NCBI GenBank assembly: GCA_017996795.1
Contig: JAGOGG010000001.1
Span: forward strand, 1-53,009
Source: Sediminibacterium sp.
GTDB taxonomy: Bacteria > Bacteroidota > Bacteroidia > Chitinophagales > Chitinophagaceae
Direction of reading: 5' to 3'
Length of the DNA: 53,009 nt
The notes beneath the pieces were generated by a model that was not told the origin of the DNA, did not search any database, and worked only from the letters and a program-made list of their open reading frames with translations. This document shows, piece by piece, positions 10,648-20,861 of this stretch (position 1 is the first letter of the stretch; each line of letters opens with the position of its first letter). A program made the position numbers and the translations under genes.

Positions 10648-11565
10648 TTATTTTGAACTCAAAATTTCTTCTAATGCTACTTCTACTGAATGTGCAGACA
10701 TATTGATCCATTTAAATTCAGGGTCTTTTTTAAACCAGGTCATTTGTCGTTTGGCATATTGACGGGTATGGTGCTTGATTTGTTGAATGGCTGTTTCCTT
10801 AGAAATTTTCCCATCTAAAAAATCAAAAATCTCTTTGTATCCCACTGTTTGTAAAGCAGGTTTAGTTCTAAATTGAACAACTGATTGCACTTCTTTAATC
10901 AATCCATCAAGCATCATTTGGTCTACCCTGCTATTAATGCGCAGGGTCAACTGATCCATCGGCATTTCTAATCCTATTTTAACAATATTAAAAGGACGTT
11001 GTTTTTTTTGTGCTGTTCTAAACTGGAGTATAGACTTGCCTGTGGCATTCAACACTTCTAAAGCCCGCATTAATCTTTGCGGATTTGCTTGTTCAGCTGT
11101 TTCCCAAAATGCAGGATCCCGATGCTTTAATTCTGCCTGCAACCAAATTAAACCCTTTGATGTATAATTGTCAATTATTGCCTCGCGAACACTTGGATCT
11201 ATTTGGGGCATTGGATCAATCCCTTCGCAAAAAGACTTTATGTATAAACCGGTTCCGCCTACCATAACCAGCTGGTCATTCTGTGAAAAAATTGCTGCCG
11301 ATTTTTCTAATGCAAATTGTTCAAAATAGCCTGCATTAATATCAGATTCAACAGAATGATCTGCAATAAAATGGTGTTTTACTGCAGTTAATTCTACTGG
11401 GCTTGGTCTTGCAACACCAATAGAAAGCTCACTAAAACACTGTCTAGAATCCGCAGAAATAATTTCTGTATGGAGCACTTTGGCCAACGCTATAGAAAGG
11501 GTAGTTTTACCAACAGCAGTTGGGCCTGCTATAATATATACGGTGGGCTTAGTCTTCAAAATCAT
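10648..11565 (-). CDS. miaA: tRNA dimethylallyltransferase
   Basis: GPTAVGKT, SADSRQ, VGGTGLY, TRQYAKRQMTWF. Start set to ATG 11565 (track extends to 11583). Confidence 0.96.
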   Translation of the reverse strand: MILKTKPTVYIIAGPTAVGKTTLSIALAKVLHTEIISADSRQCFSELSIGVARPSPVELTAVKHHFIADHSVESDINAGYFEQFALEKSAAIFSQNDQLVMVGGTGLYIKSFCEGIDPMPQIDPSVREAIIDNYTSKGLIWLQAELKHRDPAFWETAEQANPQRLMRALEVLNATGKSILQFRTAQKKQRPFNIVKIGLEMPMDQLTLRINSRVDQMMLDGLIKEVQSVVQFRTKPALQTVGYKEIFDFLDGKISKETAIQQIKHHTRQYAKRQMTWFKKDPEFKWINMSAHSVEVALEEILSSK

Positions 11566-12127
11566 CTCTTTGTTCTTCACCACCTATACCATCATCGTCC
11601 CCGTCTGCTTCACTTGGGGCTTCTTCCCCTTCCTCACCAAATCCTTCAGTTGCTTCATTTAAATCGTATTTCTCTTCTATATCGGCAAACTTATCGCCCA
11701 ACAAACTTTTTGTTCCGTATTGTTGAGGACCAATCCCTTCTATTCTTGAAACAGCTGGATAAGTTAGTTTAGGATTAACTTCTTTATTAACACTAATTAG
11801 AGCCACTAAAAACACCCAACCCTTCGCAAAATCGTATTCGTAAATAAATTTCTGATTCACGTCTTGAATTTCTGAACCAATGGTTGTTTCAGCCATTAAT
11901 AATGGATCTACTCGATATGGTTTATCGTATTTCTCGTAACTGATTTCCCTTCCGCGCAACCAGTTGTCATTGCTTCTGAAAAAAGTGGCTTGGTGCTTCG
12001 AATCAAATTCAAATGATTTCAAAATAGCAAAATGCAAATCCAAAAAGAATTGGTTGTGCTTAATCACGATATCGCGATAAACCGCGTCGTCTTCTTCTAA
12101 ATAAATTCTAAACTTTAAAACAGCCAT
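11549..12127 (-). CDS. Conserved protein, pRiA4b ORF3 / 'IS1096 passenger TnpR'-like family, with acidic C-terminal tail
   Basis: RDIVIK..FLDLHFAIL..F and KFIYEYDF..GW patterns resemble this family; D/E-rich tail. Family call from memory. Confidence 0.6.
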   Translation of the reverse strand: MAVLKFRIYLEEDDAVYRDIVIKHNQFFLDLHFAILKSFEFDSKHQATFFRSNDNWLRGREISYEKYDKPYRVDPLLMAETTIGSEIQDVNQKFIYEYDFAKGWVFLVALISVNKEVNPKLTYPAVSRIEGIGPQQYGTKSLLGDKFADIEEKYDLNEATEGFGEEGEEAPSEADGDDDGIGGEEQRDDFED

Positions 12128-12164
12128 CCCGCCAAGATTTAATGATTGGGCTGCAAAATAGCGA

Positions 12165-13583
12165 TTATTTAACGGGTTTTAGATTCAATTCTACCCCTTT
12201 TTCTAACATATATTGATAAGCCAATTCATATTGGTTCGGAATAATCCCATCTAATATAGCTTCTCGGATAGCATCTTTGATTACCCCTACATTTCGGCCT
12301 GGGGTTAAGCCAAATACCTCCATAATTAATTCACCACTGATGGGTGGCTGCCAATTTCTCAATTGATCTTTTGCTTCAACTGCTTGCATCCGTTCTTTGA
12401 CCATTTCAAAATTCTGCAAATACCGATTTACTTTCTGTTTGTTTTTACTCGTAATATCCGCAGCACATAATGTCATTAAATCATCAATATCTTCCCCAGC
12501 ATCAAACAAAAGCCTTCTGACTGCACTGTCTGTAATGTTTTCCTTGGTTAAACTAATCGGGCGTAAATGCAATAAAACCAGTTTCTGAACATATTTCATA
12601 GGTTCATGCAAGGGCAATTTCAACTTTGAAAATATTTTGGGCACCATTCTGGCTCCTACAACTTCATGTCCGTGAAAAGTCCAACCATGTCCTTCTTCAA
12701 ATTTTTTAGTAGCTGGTTTGCCAATATCATGCAATAAGGCGGCCCATCTAAGCCAAAGATTCTGCGTATGAGGAACAATATTATCTAATACTTGAAGCGT
12801 GTGGTAAAAATTATCCTTATGACCCTTCCCTTCAATATATACTGCCCCATGCAAGTCTACCATCTGAGGAAAAATCCATTTTAGTAACCCAGATTTGTAT
12901 AGTAAATCCCAACCTATAGAAGGTTTTGAACACAACATGATTTTATTCAATTCATCTGTTATTCTTTCTTGACTTACAATTTTCATTCGATGTACATTCT
13001 CACCAATTGCTTTGAAAGTATTTTCCTCAATTACAAAATTCAATTGAGCTGCAAAGCGTATAGCCCTTAGCATTCGCAAAGGATCATCACTAAAAGTTTG
13101 TACAGGTTCTAATGGAGTTTGAATTCTTTTTTCGGTTATTGCTTGAATACCGTTAAATGGATCGAGTAGCAAGCCAAACTGAGATTGATTTAACCCAATA
13201 GCCAAGGCGTTAATGGTGAAATCCCTTCTATTTTGGTCATCGGCTAATGTACCCTGTTCAACCTGAGGTTTTCTACTTTCCTGCTGGTAACTTTCTTTTC
13301 TTGCTCCTACAAATTCAATTTCGAATTCCTCCAGTTTAATTTGTGCAGTTCCAAAGTTTTTAAAATAAGCTACAATTGGCTTATGACTTAATTCATTTGC
13401 AAAAGCGTGGGCTAAAGCAATGCCATCACCTAAACAAACAATATCTGCATCCTTGGTATTTCTTCCAATAATTTTATCTCTAACAAAGCCCCCTATTAAA
13501 AAACAGGGCAGGTTCATTTTATCGGCCACTGCTCCTATTTGCTTGAATATTGCTTCTTCCTTATCGCTAAACTGAATGGTCAT
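12165..13583 (-). CDS. CCA tRNA nucleotidyltransferase / poly(A) polymerase family with HD-type C-terminal region
   Basis: [38 protein letters not shown]. Start 13583 supported by TACATTTG -7 box at 13589-13596. Confidence 0.92.
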   Translation of the reverse strand: MTIQFSDKEEAIFKQIGAVADKMNLPCFLIGGFVRDKIIGRNTKDADIVCLGDGIALAHAFANELSHKPIVAYFKNFGTAQIKLEEFEIEFVGARKESYQQESRKPQVEQGTLADDQNRRDFTINALAIGLNQSQFGLLLDPFNGIQAITEKRIQTPLEPVQTFSDDPLRMLRAIRFAAQLNFVIEENTFKAIGENVHRMKIVSQERITDELNKIMLCSKPSIGWDLLYKSGLLKWIFPQMVDLHGAVYIEGKGHKDNFYHTLQVLDNIVPHTQNLWLRWAALLHDIGKPATKKFEEGHGWTFHGHEVVGARMVPKIFSKLKLPLHEPMKYVQKLVLLHLRPISLTKENITDSAVRRLLFDAGEDIDDLMTLCAADITSKNKQKVNRYLQNFEMVKERMQAVEAKDQLRNWQPPISGELIMEVFGLTPGRNVGVIKDAIREAILDGIIPNQYELAYQYMLEKGVELNLKPVK

Positions 13584-13606
13584 TGCTGCAAATGTAAGAT
13601 TGTTTA

Positions 13607-14602
13607 TTATGTAGCAGGCAAGCAACGTATTAATTGCGCAATTTCAATTTTATACCCACAATCAAAATGTCCTTGAGGACATTCTTTCTTCCCATGTAAA
13701 CCACAGGGTCTACATACAAGGTCTCTGTTGATTTGTACGATATAACTTTTTGTGCTTAATGGGCCATAACCAAAACCAGGAATAGTGGAACAATAAATGG
13801 CTGTTACAGGGGCATTTACCGAAGAACAAAAATGCATGGGAGCAGAATCATTCACATAATTCATTAATGCATCTTGCATTAATGCGGCTGACTGCAAAAA
13901 ATTACATTTTCCCGCTAAATTAATTGATAGTGGGTTCCCGCTTCGATCAATAATTTCCTGACAAAGCGCGGCGTCATTGCTCCCCCCTAACACATAAATG
14001 GTAATATCTGAAGGCACTTGTTGCAAAAATGCAATCCATTTTTCTATTGGGAACTGTTTAGTCATCCAAACAGAAGAGGGAGCAATACAAATATATTTTC
14101 CCTGTTTAAACTGCTCTACAAAATGGATATCGCTTGGGGTTGGATACAATTTGGGCAAACATAGTTTTGTTTCTGGCCAATACAATAATAATTGATTCCG
14201 TTCTATCTCATGCAATCCAGTGCTACTGCCCATCTGGTGCTGAATTACTTTTGTAAACAAAGCACTGAGTGGGTTTTTATTGAACCCAATCTTTTCTTTT
14301 GCTCCTGACAAAGCAGTTAAAAAACCTGTTGCCGCGTATCGCTGTAAATTAATCACAGCGTCATATTGATTCCTCCGAATTTGGGTAAGTATTTGCCAAA
14401 GGTGTTTATACTTATTGTGTTGCTTATTCCATATCAACGTATCACGTAAAAAGGGATGACCTTTAAATAGAGACTCATTCCCTTTGCGAACCAATATATC
14501 TAATTCAGCAGTCGGAAATGCCTGATGCAAGGATTCTAACATTGCACTTGCTAGAACCACATCCCCAATAAAAGCCGTTTGAATAATCAGCACCCTTTGC
14601 AT
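13607..14602 (-). CDS. Glycosyltransferase family 9 (heptosyltransferase-like)
   Basis: [11 protein letters not shown] start, NDSAPMH motif, C-terminal CRPC..C..C. Confidence 0.9.
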   Translation of the reverse strand: MQRVLIIQTAFIGDVVLASAMLESLHQAFPTAELDILVRKGNESLFKGHPFLRDTLIWNKQHNKYKHLWQILTQIRRNQYDAVINLQRYAATGFLTALSGAKEKIGFNKNPLSALFTKVIQHQMGSSTGLHEIERNQLLLYWPETKLCLPKLYPTPSDIHFVEQFKQGKYICIAPSSVWMTKQFPIEKWIAFLQQVPSDITIYVLGGSNDAALCQEIIDRSGNPLSINLAGKCNFLQSAALMQDALMNYVNDSAPMHFCSSVNAPVTAIYCSTIPGFGYGPLSTKSYIVQINRDLVCRPCGLHGKKECPQGHFDCGYKIEIAQLIRCLPAT

Positions 14603-14662
14603 TCAACAAAACTAAGGATATGCGCTAAATCATTCTCATTCAATTAAAAAAGCTAAATATTG

Positions 14663-14670
14663 TACTTTTG
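14663..14670 (+). promoter_or_regulatory. Bacteroidota primary-sigma -7 element for dapD
   Basis: TACTTTTG matches TAnnTTTG, 14 nt before ATG 14685. Confidence 0.6.
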
Positions 14671-14684
14671 CTAAAAATTTAATA

Positions 14685-15494
14685 ATGCCCCAAGAATTAG
14701 TGTTAGAAGCGTGGAACAATAGAGAATTACTAAAGGATACTAAATACAGCAATGCAATTAAGGAAGTAATTGAAGCGGTAGACAAGGGTCAACTAAGAGT
14801 TGCAAGCCCTGAAGCAAATGGTTGGGTGGTAAACGAATGGGTTAAAAAAGCCATTTTAATGTATTTTGGAATTCAACAAATGCAAACCTGGGAAATGCCC
14901 CCGTTTGAGTTTTATGATAAAATGCTTTTAAAAACCAATTACAAAGAATTAGGAGTTAGAGCTGTTCCACCTGCCACTGCAAGGTATGGTGCGTATATAG
15001 CCAAAAACGTAGTATTGATGCCTAGTTACGTAAATATTGGTGCGTATGTAGATGAAGGCACCATGGTAGACACTTGGGCAACTGTTGGTAGTTGCGCACA
15101 AATTGGCAAGAACGTTCATTTAAGTGGAGGGGTTGGTATTGGTGGGGTTTTAGAGCCTTTACAAGCTAGCCCAGTAATAATAGAAGACGGCTGTTTTATT
15201 GGCAGCCGCTGCATAGTGGTTGAAGGAGTTATTGTAGAAAAAGAAGCCGTATTAGGGGCAAATGTAGTTTTAACACAATCCACAAAAATTATAGACGTAA
15301 GCGGGCCAGAGCCTATTGAAATGATAGGCCGAGTTCCTGCTCGAAGTGTGGTGATACCTGGTAGTTATACCAAAAAATTTAATGCAGGTGAATACCAGGT
15401 TAGTTGTGCATTAATCATTGGTCAACGAAAGCCAAGCACCGACTTAAAAACCAGTTTAAACGACGCGCTTAGAGACTTTAATGTGAGTGTTTAA
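14685..15494 (+). CDS. dapD: 2,3,4,5-tetrahydropyridine-2,6-dicarboxylate N-succinyltransferase
   Basis: WVKKAIL, MPSYVNIGAYVD, VHLSGGVGIGGVLEPLQA hexapeptide region. Confidence 0.96.
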   Translation: MPQELVLEAWNNRELLKDTKYSNAIKEVIEAVDKGQLRVASPEANGWVVNEWVKKAILMYFGIQQMQTWEMPPFEFYDKMLLKTNYKELGVRAVPPATARYGAYIAKNVVLMPSYVNIGAYVDEGTMVDTWATVGSCAQIGKNVHLSGGVGIGGVLEPLQASPVIIEDGCFIGSRCIVVEGVIVEKEAVLGANVVLTQSTKIIDVSGPEPIEMIGRVPARSVVIPGSYTKKFNAGEYQVSCALIIGQRKPSTDLKTSLNDALRDFNVSV

Positions 15495-15496
15495 CA

Positions 15497-16423
15497 ATGA
15501 ATGAGTCCAAACGCTCATCTTTGTTTTTAACCGGCTTTTTATTAAGCATTGGCGGAGCCATATTATTTTCTACCAAAGCCATTTGGGTAAAATTGGCGTT
15601 TCGAAATACAGGTGTAGATGCTTTAACATTGCTGAGTCTGCGAATGCTTTTGGCACTCCCCTTCTATTTGATAGCAGCATGGATGGCAGGTAAAAAAGAA
15701 TTGGCCACTCCGCTAAATAAAAAAGATTGGTCTTGGATTATTGCATTAGGGGTATTGGGTTATTACTTAAGTAGTTTATTTGATTTTATTGGATTACAAT
15801 ATATTTCTGCGGGATTAGAACGCTTGATTTTATTTCTATACCCCACATTTGCAGTTTTGCTCAACACTTGGATTTTTAAAAACAAGATTTCTACCATTCA
15901 ACTGATTGCACTAGCGATTACTTATACAGGAATTGGCATTGCTTATTATGCCGAATTGGGTACCATCCAACAAAATGAACAGTTTTATTTTGGATCTTTT
16001 ATGGTTTTTTTGTGCGCTGTAACCTATTCTTTTTACTTAGTAGGAACGGGTAAAATGGTAGTTAAAGCTGGAGCAACTAGGTACACAGCATATGCTATGC
16101 TTGCAGCAACTGCTGGAGTTTTTATCCATTTTATTGTTCAAGCACAATGGGAGCATGTTAATATGTCTCCCCAACTTTGGTGGTATGGAATTGCTTTAGC
16201 AATTATTGCAACGGTTATTCCCTCTTTTATGTTGAGTAGTGGCATGAAAAAGATTGGGAGCAATAACGTTTCAATCATAACCAGTATAGGCCCAGTATCA
16301 ACCATTATTCAAGCTTCCCTTTTCTTAAATGAGCCCATTCTACTAGAACAAATAATAGGAACAATGATGGTGATTATTGGGGTTGTATTAATTGGCTGGC
16401 AAACAACCAGACCCTTCAATTAA
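15497..16423 (+). CDS. EamA/DMT family transporter
   Basis: About 10 hydrophobic helices, GLQYISAGLERLILFLYP, LNEPI motif. Confidence 0.88.
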   Translation: MNESKRSSLFLTGFLLSIGGAILFSTKAIWVKLAFRNTGVDALTLLSLRMLLALPFYLIAAWMAGKKELATPLNKKDWSWIIALGVLGYYLSSLFDFIGLQYISAGLERLILFLYPTFAVLLNTWIFKNKISTIQLIALAITYTGIGIAYYAELGTIQQNEQFYFGSFMVFLCAVTYSFYLVGTGKMVVKAGATRYTAYAMLAATAGVFIHFIVQAQWEHVNMSPQLWWYGIALAIIATVIPSFMLSSGMKKIGSNNVSIITSIGPVSTIIQASLFLNEPILLEQIIGTMMVIIGVVLIGWQTTRPFN

Positions 16424-18243
16424 TGAACCAGTACATTTTCCATTTCGCTCAATCTTTCAAATTGCTCAATCGTTAAAGGTTTAGTTATAAAATGAGTTAC
16501 ATTTAAAAACTTCTTTGATCTTTCATAATCAACATGGTCTATGGAAGATGTTAATATAACTACTGGCCAAGGTTGGCCTAATTTTTCATATTCATGTAAA
16601 AAATCCCATCCAGACCTTCCTGAAAAATTAAGGTCTAAAAATATTTTTCTTTTGGTATTAGGGTTCTCTTTTACATATTCTAAGGCGGTATCAACATGAT
16701 CAAATGTATGCACTGGCATGCTTGGCATTACATTTCGAATAATCAGCTCATTCAATTTATTTACCAAATGGTCGTCGTCTACTAAACAAATTTCTTCAAT
16801 AGCTTGATTCAATAAATATTTATTGAGTGAAATACTATTAGACGAAGCAAAATTAATTTGATCATTGAGCTTAAAAATTGCATCATTCATCAAATTAGCA
16901 GAATACTCTATATCGGAAAATATTTGGGCATAAGTAGCCACATTATGGTCCTGAAATTTTGCGGTTTGTAAAAGTTGCAAAATTTTCGAAAACTCATGTC
17001 TTAATTCATGGGAAGTGATAAAAGAGATTTTTTTGAGATGATTCATTTGCTCTAAAACTTCTTTCTCAGAGATTTTTTTAAGTGTAATGTCTTTTTGAAT
17101 AGTAATAAAGCCGGTAACTATTCCATCTTTATCAAAAAGTGTCTCAATCATTAAATCAAGCCAAATCCTTGCACCTGTTTTGGTATAATACAATATCTCC
17201 GTTCTAATACCTTTACCTAATTCAATCACTTTTCTAATTCTGTCAAGGGTTTCTTTACTTGTTTCTGGCCCTTTTAAAAAGCTGCCTGGTGTTTTACCAC
17301 AAACTTCTTTTAGCGTATACCCAGTCGTCTTTACAAAAGCATCATTCACCCATGTAATCCTATTATCACTATTGCACATGATAATAATACTTCCGATTTT
17401 TTGTGCAATCTTAGTGAATTTACCAAATTCAATTTTGGTACTTTCCATTAGTTCTTGTTGCCTTCTTATTTGAATTTGAGCTTCTTTAACAGGTGTAATA
17501 TCTAAAGCAGTTCCAGCATACCCTTTGAATAATCCAGCATCACTATAAATAGGATTCCCTTTCATATTCATCCATCTGTAACAACCATCGTTTTTTTTCA
17601 ACCTAAAAGTGATCGCATAAGGTTGTTGCACCACAAATGCCTGTCTTCTCTCTTGCAAAACCTGCTCCTTATCTTCGGGATGAATATGCTCAATCCAGCC
17701 ATTGCCCATTTCGGATTCTAAAGTAACTCCCCTATAATTTAACCATGCAGCATTCACAAATATTAACTGGTGCTGTTTATCTGTCACCCACATTAAATCG
17801 GGCATATGATTGGCTAATTCAGAAAAACATTCTTTTTTAAAATCAATTTCCTTATTAGGAATTTGGCTTGTCAGATGGGTGTTGAGATGATCTTTTATAA
17901 CCACTCCAACAATTACTCCCTTACTATTACAAACCACATTCATAAAACATTCATACCATTCAACTTCACTTTGGTGGTTGGGTTTTTTAAATTGAAGCTT
18001 TTCAGTATGTAGTTTATTCTTAGTGCATTTTAACAATGCGTTTTTAAAAATGGCTATTTCATTGCTACTAAAAATTGAATCAATATTTAGTCCCTTTACA
18101 TTGGTTCCTTTTAATTGATACAATCTAACAAATGCATCGTTACAGAAGACAATATTGCCTTCCAAATCGGTTGCTAATAAAAAATCACTAGAAGATGCCA
18201 TGGCATTCTTCAAATCTTTATCTATTACAAAGGGGAATTGCAT
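16420..18243 (-). CDS. PAS-PAS-PAS - DHp(HisKA)-like - receiver protein without HATPase domain
   Basis: Three PAS/PAC blocks (FCNDAF, FVNAAW..HIHPED, WVNDAF..DIT), H-box TSHELRHE, then REC (VDDD, FLDLNF..SGWDFL, LTSS, TKP). No N/G1/F/G2 boxes. Confidence 0.85.
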   Translation of the reverse strand: MQFPFVIDKDLKNAMASSSDFLLATDLEGNIVFCNDAFVRLYQLKGTNVKGLNIDSIFSSNEIAIFKNALLKCTKNKLHTEKLQFKKPNHQSEVEWYECFMNVVCNSKGVIVGVVIKDHLNTHLTSQIPNKEIDFKKECFSELANHMPDLMWVTDKQHQLIFVNAAWLNYRGVTLESEMGNGWIEHIHPEDKEQVLQERRQAFVVQQPYAITFRLKKNDGCYRWMNMKGNPIYSDAGLFKGYAGTALDITPVKEAQIQIRRQQELMESTKIEFGKFTKIAQKIGSIIIMCNSDNRITWVNDAFVKTTGYTLKEVCGKTPGSFLKGPETSKETLDRIRKVIELGKGIRTEILYYTKTGARIWLDLMIETLFDKDGIVTGFITIQKDITLKKISEKEVLEQMNHLKKISFITSHELRHEFSKILQLLQTAKFQDHNVATYAQIFSDIEYSANLMNDAIFKLNDQINFASSNSISLNKYLLNQAIEEICLVDDDHLVNKLNELIIRNVMPSMPVHTFDHVDTALEYVKENPNTKRKIFLDLNFSGRSGWDFLHEYEKLGQPWPVVILTSSIDHVDYERSKKFLNVTHFITKPLTIEQFERLSEMENVLVH

Positions 18244-18668
18244 AAACTAGCGTTTGGGGGGTTAAACTTTACCTTTTGAGAATCATCTCTACAGAAACAA
18301 GAATCAAGAATTTCTGGTAACACTAAAAAATCTCTAGACTTATCTAAGAAAAAATTAGCTCCTTTACTCAAACAAGCATGTTTATAAATAGCATGAGGCA
18401 TATTCGTAAGCATGATGATTAAAGGACTAGCAGTAGGATAGTCTTGTTTTATTTTATTTAATAAATCTATACCACTGATCCCTGGCAACTTAATATCTAC
18501 AATAAAAACATCAGGAAATAAATTTTCAATTAACTCTAATCCAAGTTCTGCAGAATTTGCTGATCGAATATGATGTGTAGAATTTTTATCAGATAAAAGT
18601 ATTCGCAGTTGATTCACTATGATATCTGCATCTTCTATGATTAATATATTTAAACTTGATGAAGTCAT
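18225..18668 (-). CDS. Single-domain response regulator (CheY-like)
   Basis: IIEDAD, VDIKLPGISG, MLT, FLDK. Confidence 0.88.
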   Translation of the reverse strand: MTSSSLNILIIEDADIIVNQLRILLSDKNSTHHIRSANSAELGLELIENLFPDVFIVDIKLPGISGIDLLNKIKQDYPTASPLIIMLTNMPHAIYKHACLSKGANFFLDKSRDFLVLPEILDSCFCRDDSQKVKFNPPNASLCNSPL

Positions 18669-18685
18669 ATTTTTTTGTACTTACC

Positions 18686-18901
18686 CAAATTTAAACAACT
18701 AAAAAAGAAAGCTTTGTAGGGCAAGCCTACAAAGCTTTTGTAGTTTTGACACTACAACTGGTTTTTCAGGAAATTGAATTTTAAAATAAACACTTTCGTG
18801 TTTCAAATAGCAAAGCTAATTCAACTAAAGAACTTCAGTTGTAGTTGCATTTAACAAAAAAAACAGTGATTATACGACAGCTTGTAGTGATATCACTACA
18901 A
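18686..18901 (-). promoter_or_regulatory. Two tandem -7 promoters with arrayed TGTAG-N7/8-CTACA palindromic boxes
   Basis: -7 boxes TAAATTTG (18686-18693) and TAGCTTTG (18811-18818). Boxes at 18715-18731, 18739-18756, 18840-18856 (degenerate), 18862-18879 (degenerate) and 18883-18900. Confidence 0.65.
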
Positions 18902-19528
18902 TTCAGAGATTTTATGCTCAATTGCGTACCGAATTAGATCGACATTGCTCTTTAAGCCCATTTTATCTAAGATTCTGGTTCGGTAAGTACTAATGGTATT
19001 GATATTAAGAGATAGCATTTCACTAATCTCAGAAACTGATTTCCCTTCCACTAATTTTTTTAACACTTCAAACTCTCTATCCGATAAATTTTCATGTGGC
19101 AGCTTAGTTGTATCTGTTTCTAAAGAACTTGCAAGAACTTCTGCTACCCTATTGGTGATATACTTTCTTCCGCTTAAAATTTGTTGAACAGCAGTAACCA
19201 ACTCATATGGAGCACTTTCTTTGGTTAAATAACCAGAGGCGCCGGCTTTAATTGCCCGAACGGCATATTGTTCGGGGGAATGCATACTCAACATTAATAC
19301 TGGCGTATTTGGCACATGGGTTTTAATCTGTTTGAGTATTTCAATACCAGAAAATCCAGGCATACTAATATCAGAAATGATGATATCCCATTTTTCTTTA
19401 ATCGATTTTTTGAATAATTCTGCAGAATCAGACACATCATGTACTTCGGCATCAGGAAGCGACTCAAGCAGAATTTTCTTTAATCCTTCTCTAATTAGAC
19501 CATGATCATCAGCAATGAGTATTCGCAT
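18896..19528 (-). CDS. NarL/FixJ family response regulator (REC + LuxR HTH)
   Basis: ILIADDH, SDISMPG, LSMH, YLTK, LSDREFEVL, NTISTYRTRILDKM. Confidence 0.95.
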   Translation of the reverse strand: MRILIADDHGLIREGLKKILLESLPDAEVHDVSDSAELFKKSIKEKWDIIISDISMPGFSGIEILKQIKTHVPNTPVLMLSMHSPEQYAVRAIKAGASGYLTKESAPYELVTAVQQILSGRKYITNRVAEVLASSLETDTTKLPHENLSDREFEVLKKLVEGKSVSEISEMLSLNINTISTYRTRILDKMGLKSNVDLIRYAIEHKISEL

Positions 19529-19594
19529 ATTGTATCACTTACAGCTTTGTAAACCAATAATATGATTAAAGATAAGGAAACTGATTAATATGAA

Positions 19595-20677
19595 CTATAA
19601 CTGATTATCAAGCTTCGCCATTTTCAAATCCTCAAAAAAAGTCTTAATAAAATCGAAGGAAAGTGGCTTGGTAATATAATCAATAACCGAAGCATAGCTC
19701 CTTGCTTTCTCTCTATCACGATTATCAATAGAGGAAGAAAGTACAATCACATTTGCAGCATCAGAAATGGTTGCATAATCGTCTAAAAAGTCCCAGCCAC
19801 CCCGTCCAGGGAAATTGATATCTAAAAATATGAGCGTTTGCTGCATTTGACCCATATTTCTGATATCGGATAGTGCGTCATCAATATTTATGTAAACTTC
19901 TACAGGCATTTCGGGCAACAAAGCTTGAACAATTTTTCTATTCAACACATTGGTTAATACATCATCATCAATCATTATTATTTTTCTGAATTTTTCTGTT
20001 TCTTTATTGATGGTAAAAAATTCATCTTGTTGATTAAAAGAGAGTTTATGATTTAATTTAAAAATAGAAGAATTAATTAATTGAATAGATTTTTTAGCCT
20101 CTTCTATCAATTCAACTCTTTCAGAATCGGAAATAAATTTATTGTCCATCAAATTAACGATAGACTGTATTTTAGCGTACTCATGGCGCATTTCATGGGA
20201 AGTAATAAAAGAAAGTTCTTGTAACCTATTTTTGAATAGTTGACTTTGTTGTTCCATTTTTTTTCGTCCAGATATATTCTGAGCAATCCCAATTAAATAA
20301 ACCAGTTTATCCCCTAATTTTTCAAATACCGAAAGCCTAGTATTAAAATATTGATATTGCTGAAATTTATCTAAACACCTACATTCAATTTCTACCATTT
20401 CTTTTTCGTTATTCTCTAATTGTTGAATGGCATTTTGTATAGGTTTCCAATCTTCAGAATGAATCAAAGAACGCAGTGATATACAATTAATTTCTTGATC
20501 TTTAAGATGATCAAATCCGAATATGCTATCTAAAGCGGGGTTTCTCAAAACAAATCTTCTCTCTTTTATATCAAACAGGAAAACCATATCAGGTAACTTA
20601 TTATAAATGGCTTCTAATAAAGCAGTCTGACTAACCACAGTAGGCAAAACAGCAAAAGATGATACTTTATCTTCCAT
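19595..20677 (-). CDS. PAS - DHp(HisKA)-like - receiver protein without HATPase domain
   Basis: One PAS/PAC (IHSED...QNIS), TSHEMRHE H-box, REC (IDDD, FLDINF..GWDFL, LSSS, TKP). Confidence 0.85.
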   Translation of the reverse strand: MEDKVSSFAVLPTVVSQTALLEAIYNKLPDMVFLFDIKERRFVLRNPALDSIFGFDHLKDQEINCISLRSLIHSEDWKPIQNAIQQLENNEKEMVEIECRCLDKFQQYQYFNTRLSVFEKLGDKLVYLIGIAQNISGRKKMEQQSQLFKNRLQELSFITSHEMRHEYAKIQSIVNLMDNKFISDSERVELIEEAKKSIQLINSSIFKLNHKLSFNQQDEFFTINKETEKFRKIIMIDDDVLTNVLNRKIVQALLPEMPVEVYINIDDALSDIRNMGQMQQTLIFLDINFPGRGGWDFLDDYATISDAANVIVLSSSIDNRDREKARSYASVIDYITKPLSFDFIKTFFEDLKMAKLDNQL

Positions 20678-20700
20678 ATTAAATTATTTATAGAAGTAAT

Positions 20701-20803
20701 GTAAAAATGATGCCATCAAATTAAAAATCTAATAATCAATCACTTGTATTAAATAAAAGCATTTAAAGAAGCCATTTTTGGGACTATTATTCCCTTTTTG
20801 GGA
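20701..20803 (-). promoter_or_regulatory. Candidate sigma54 promoter with IHF-like site and tandem enhancer boxes
   Basis: Minus strand TGGCATCATTTTTAC (20715-20701); AATCAA-TCAC-TTG (20734-20746) fits WATCAA-N4-TTR; GCCATTTTTGGGA (20771-20783) and TCCCTTTTTGGGA (20791-20803). Confidence 0.55.
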
Positions 20804-20861
20804 TTAAAATCAATTATTCGGCAGAAAATAACATTAAATTGTATTGCTTTAAAAAAATCCA

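Noticed and set aside
11549-12127. 'IS1096 passenger/TnpR'-like protein as a mobile element
   Set aside because: No transposase, terminal repeats or target duplication; embedded among tRNA housekeeping genes.
18701-18738. 13-bp hairpin plus U-rich tract as a simple terminator of the NarL-type gene
   Set aside because: Possible, but it lies ~160 nt past the stop and its core recurs as promoter-phased boxes, so it is reported as an operator array. A dual role is not excluded.
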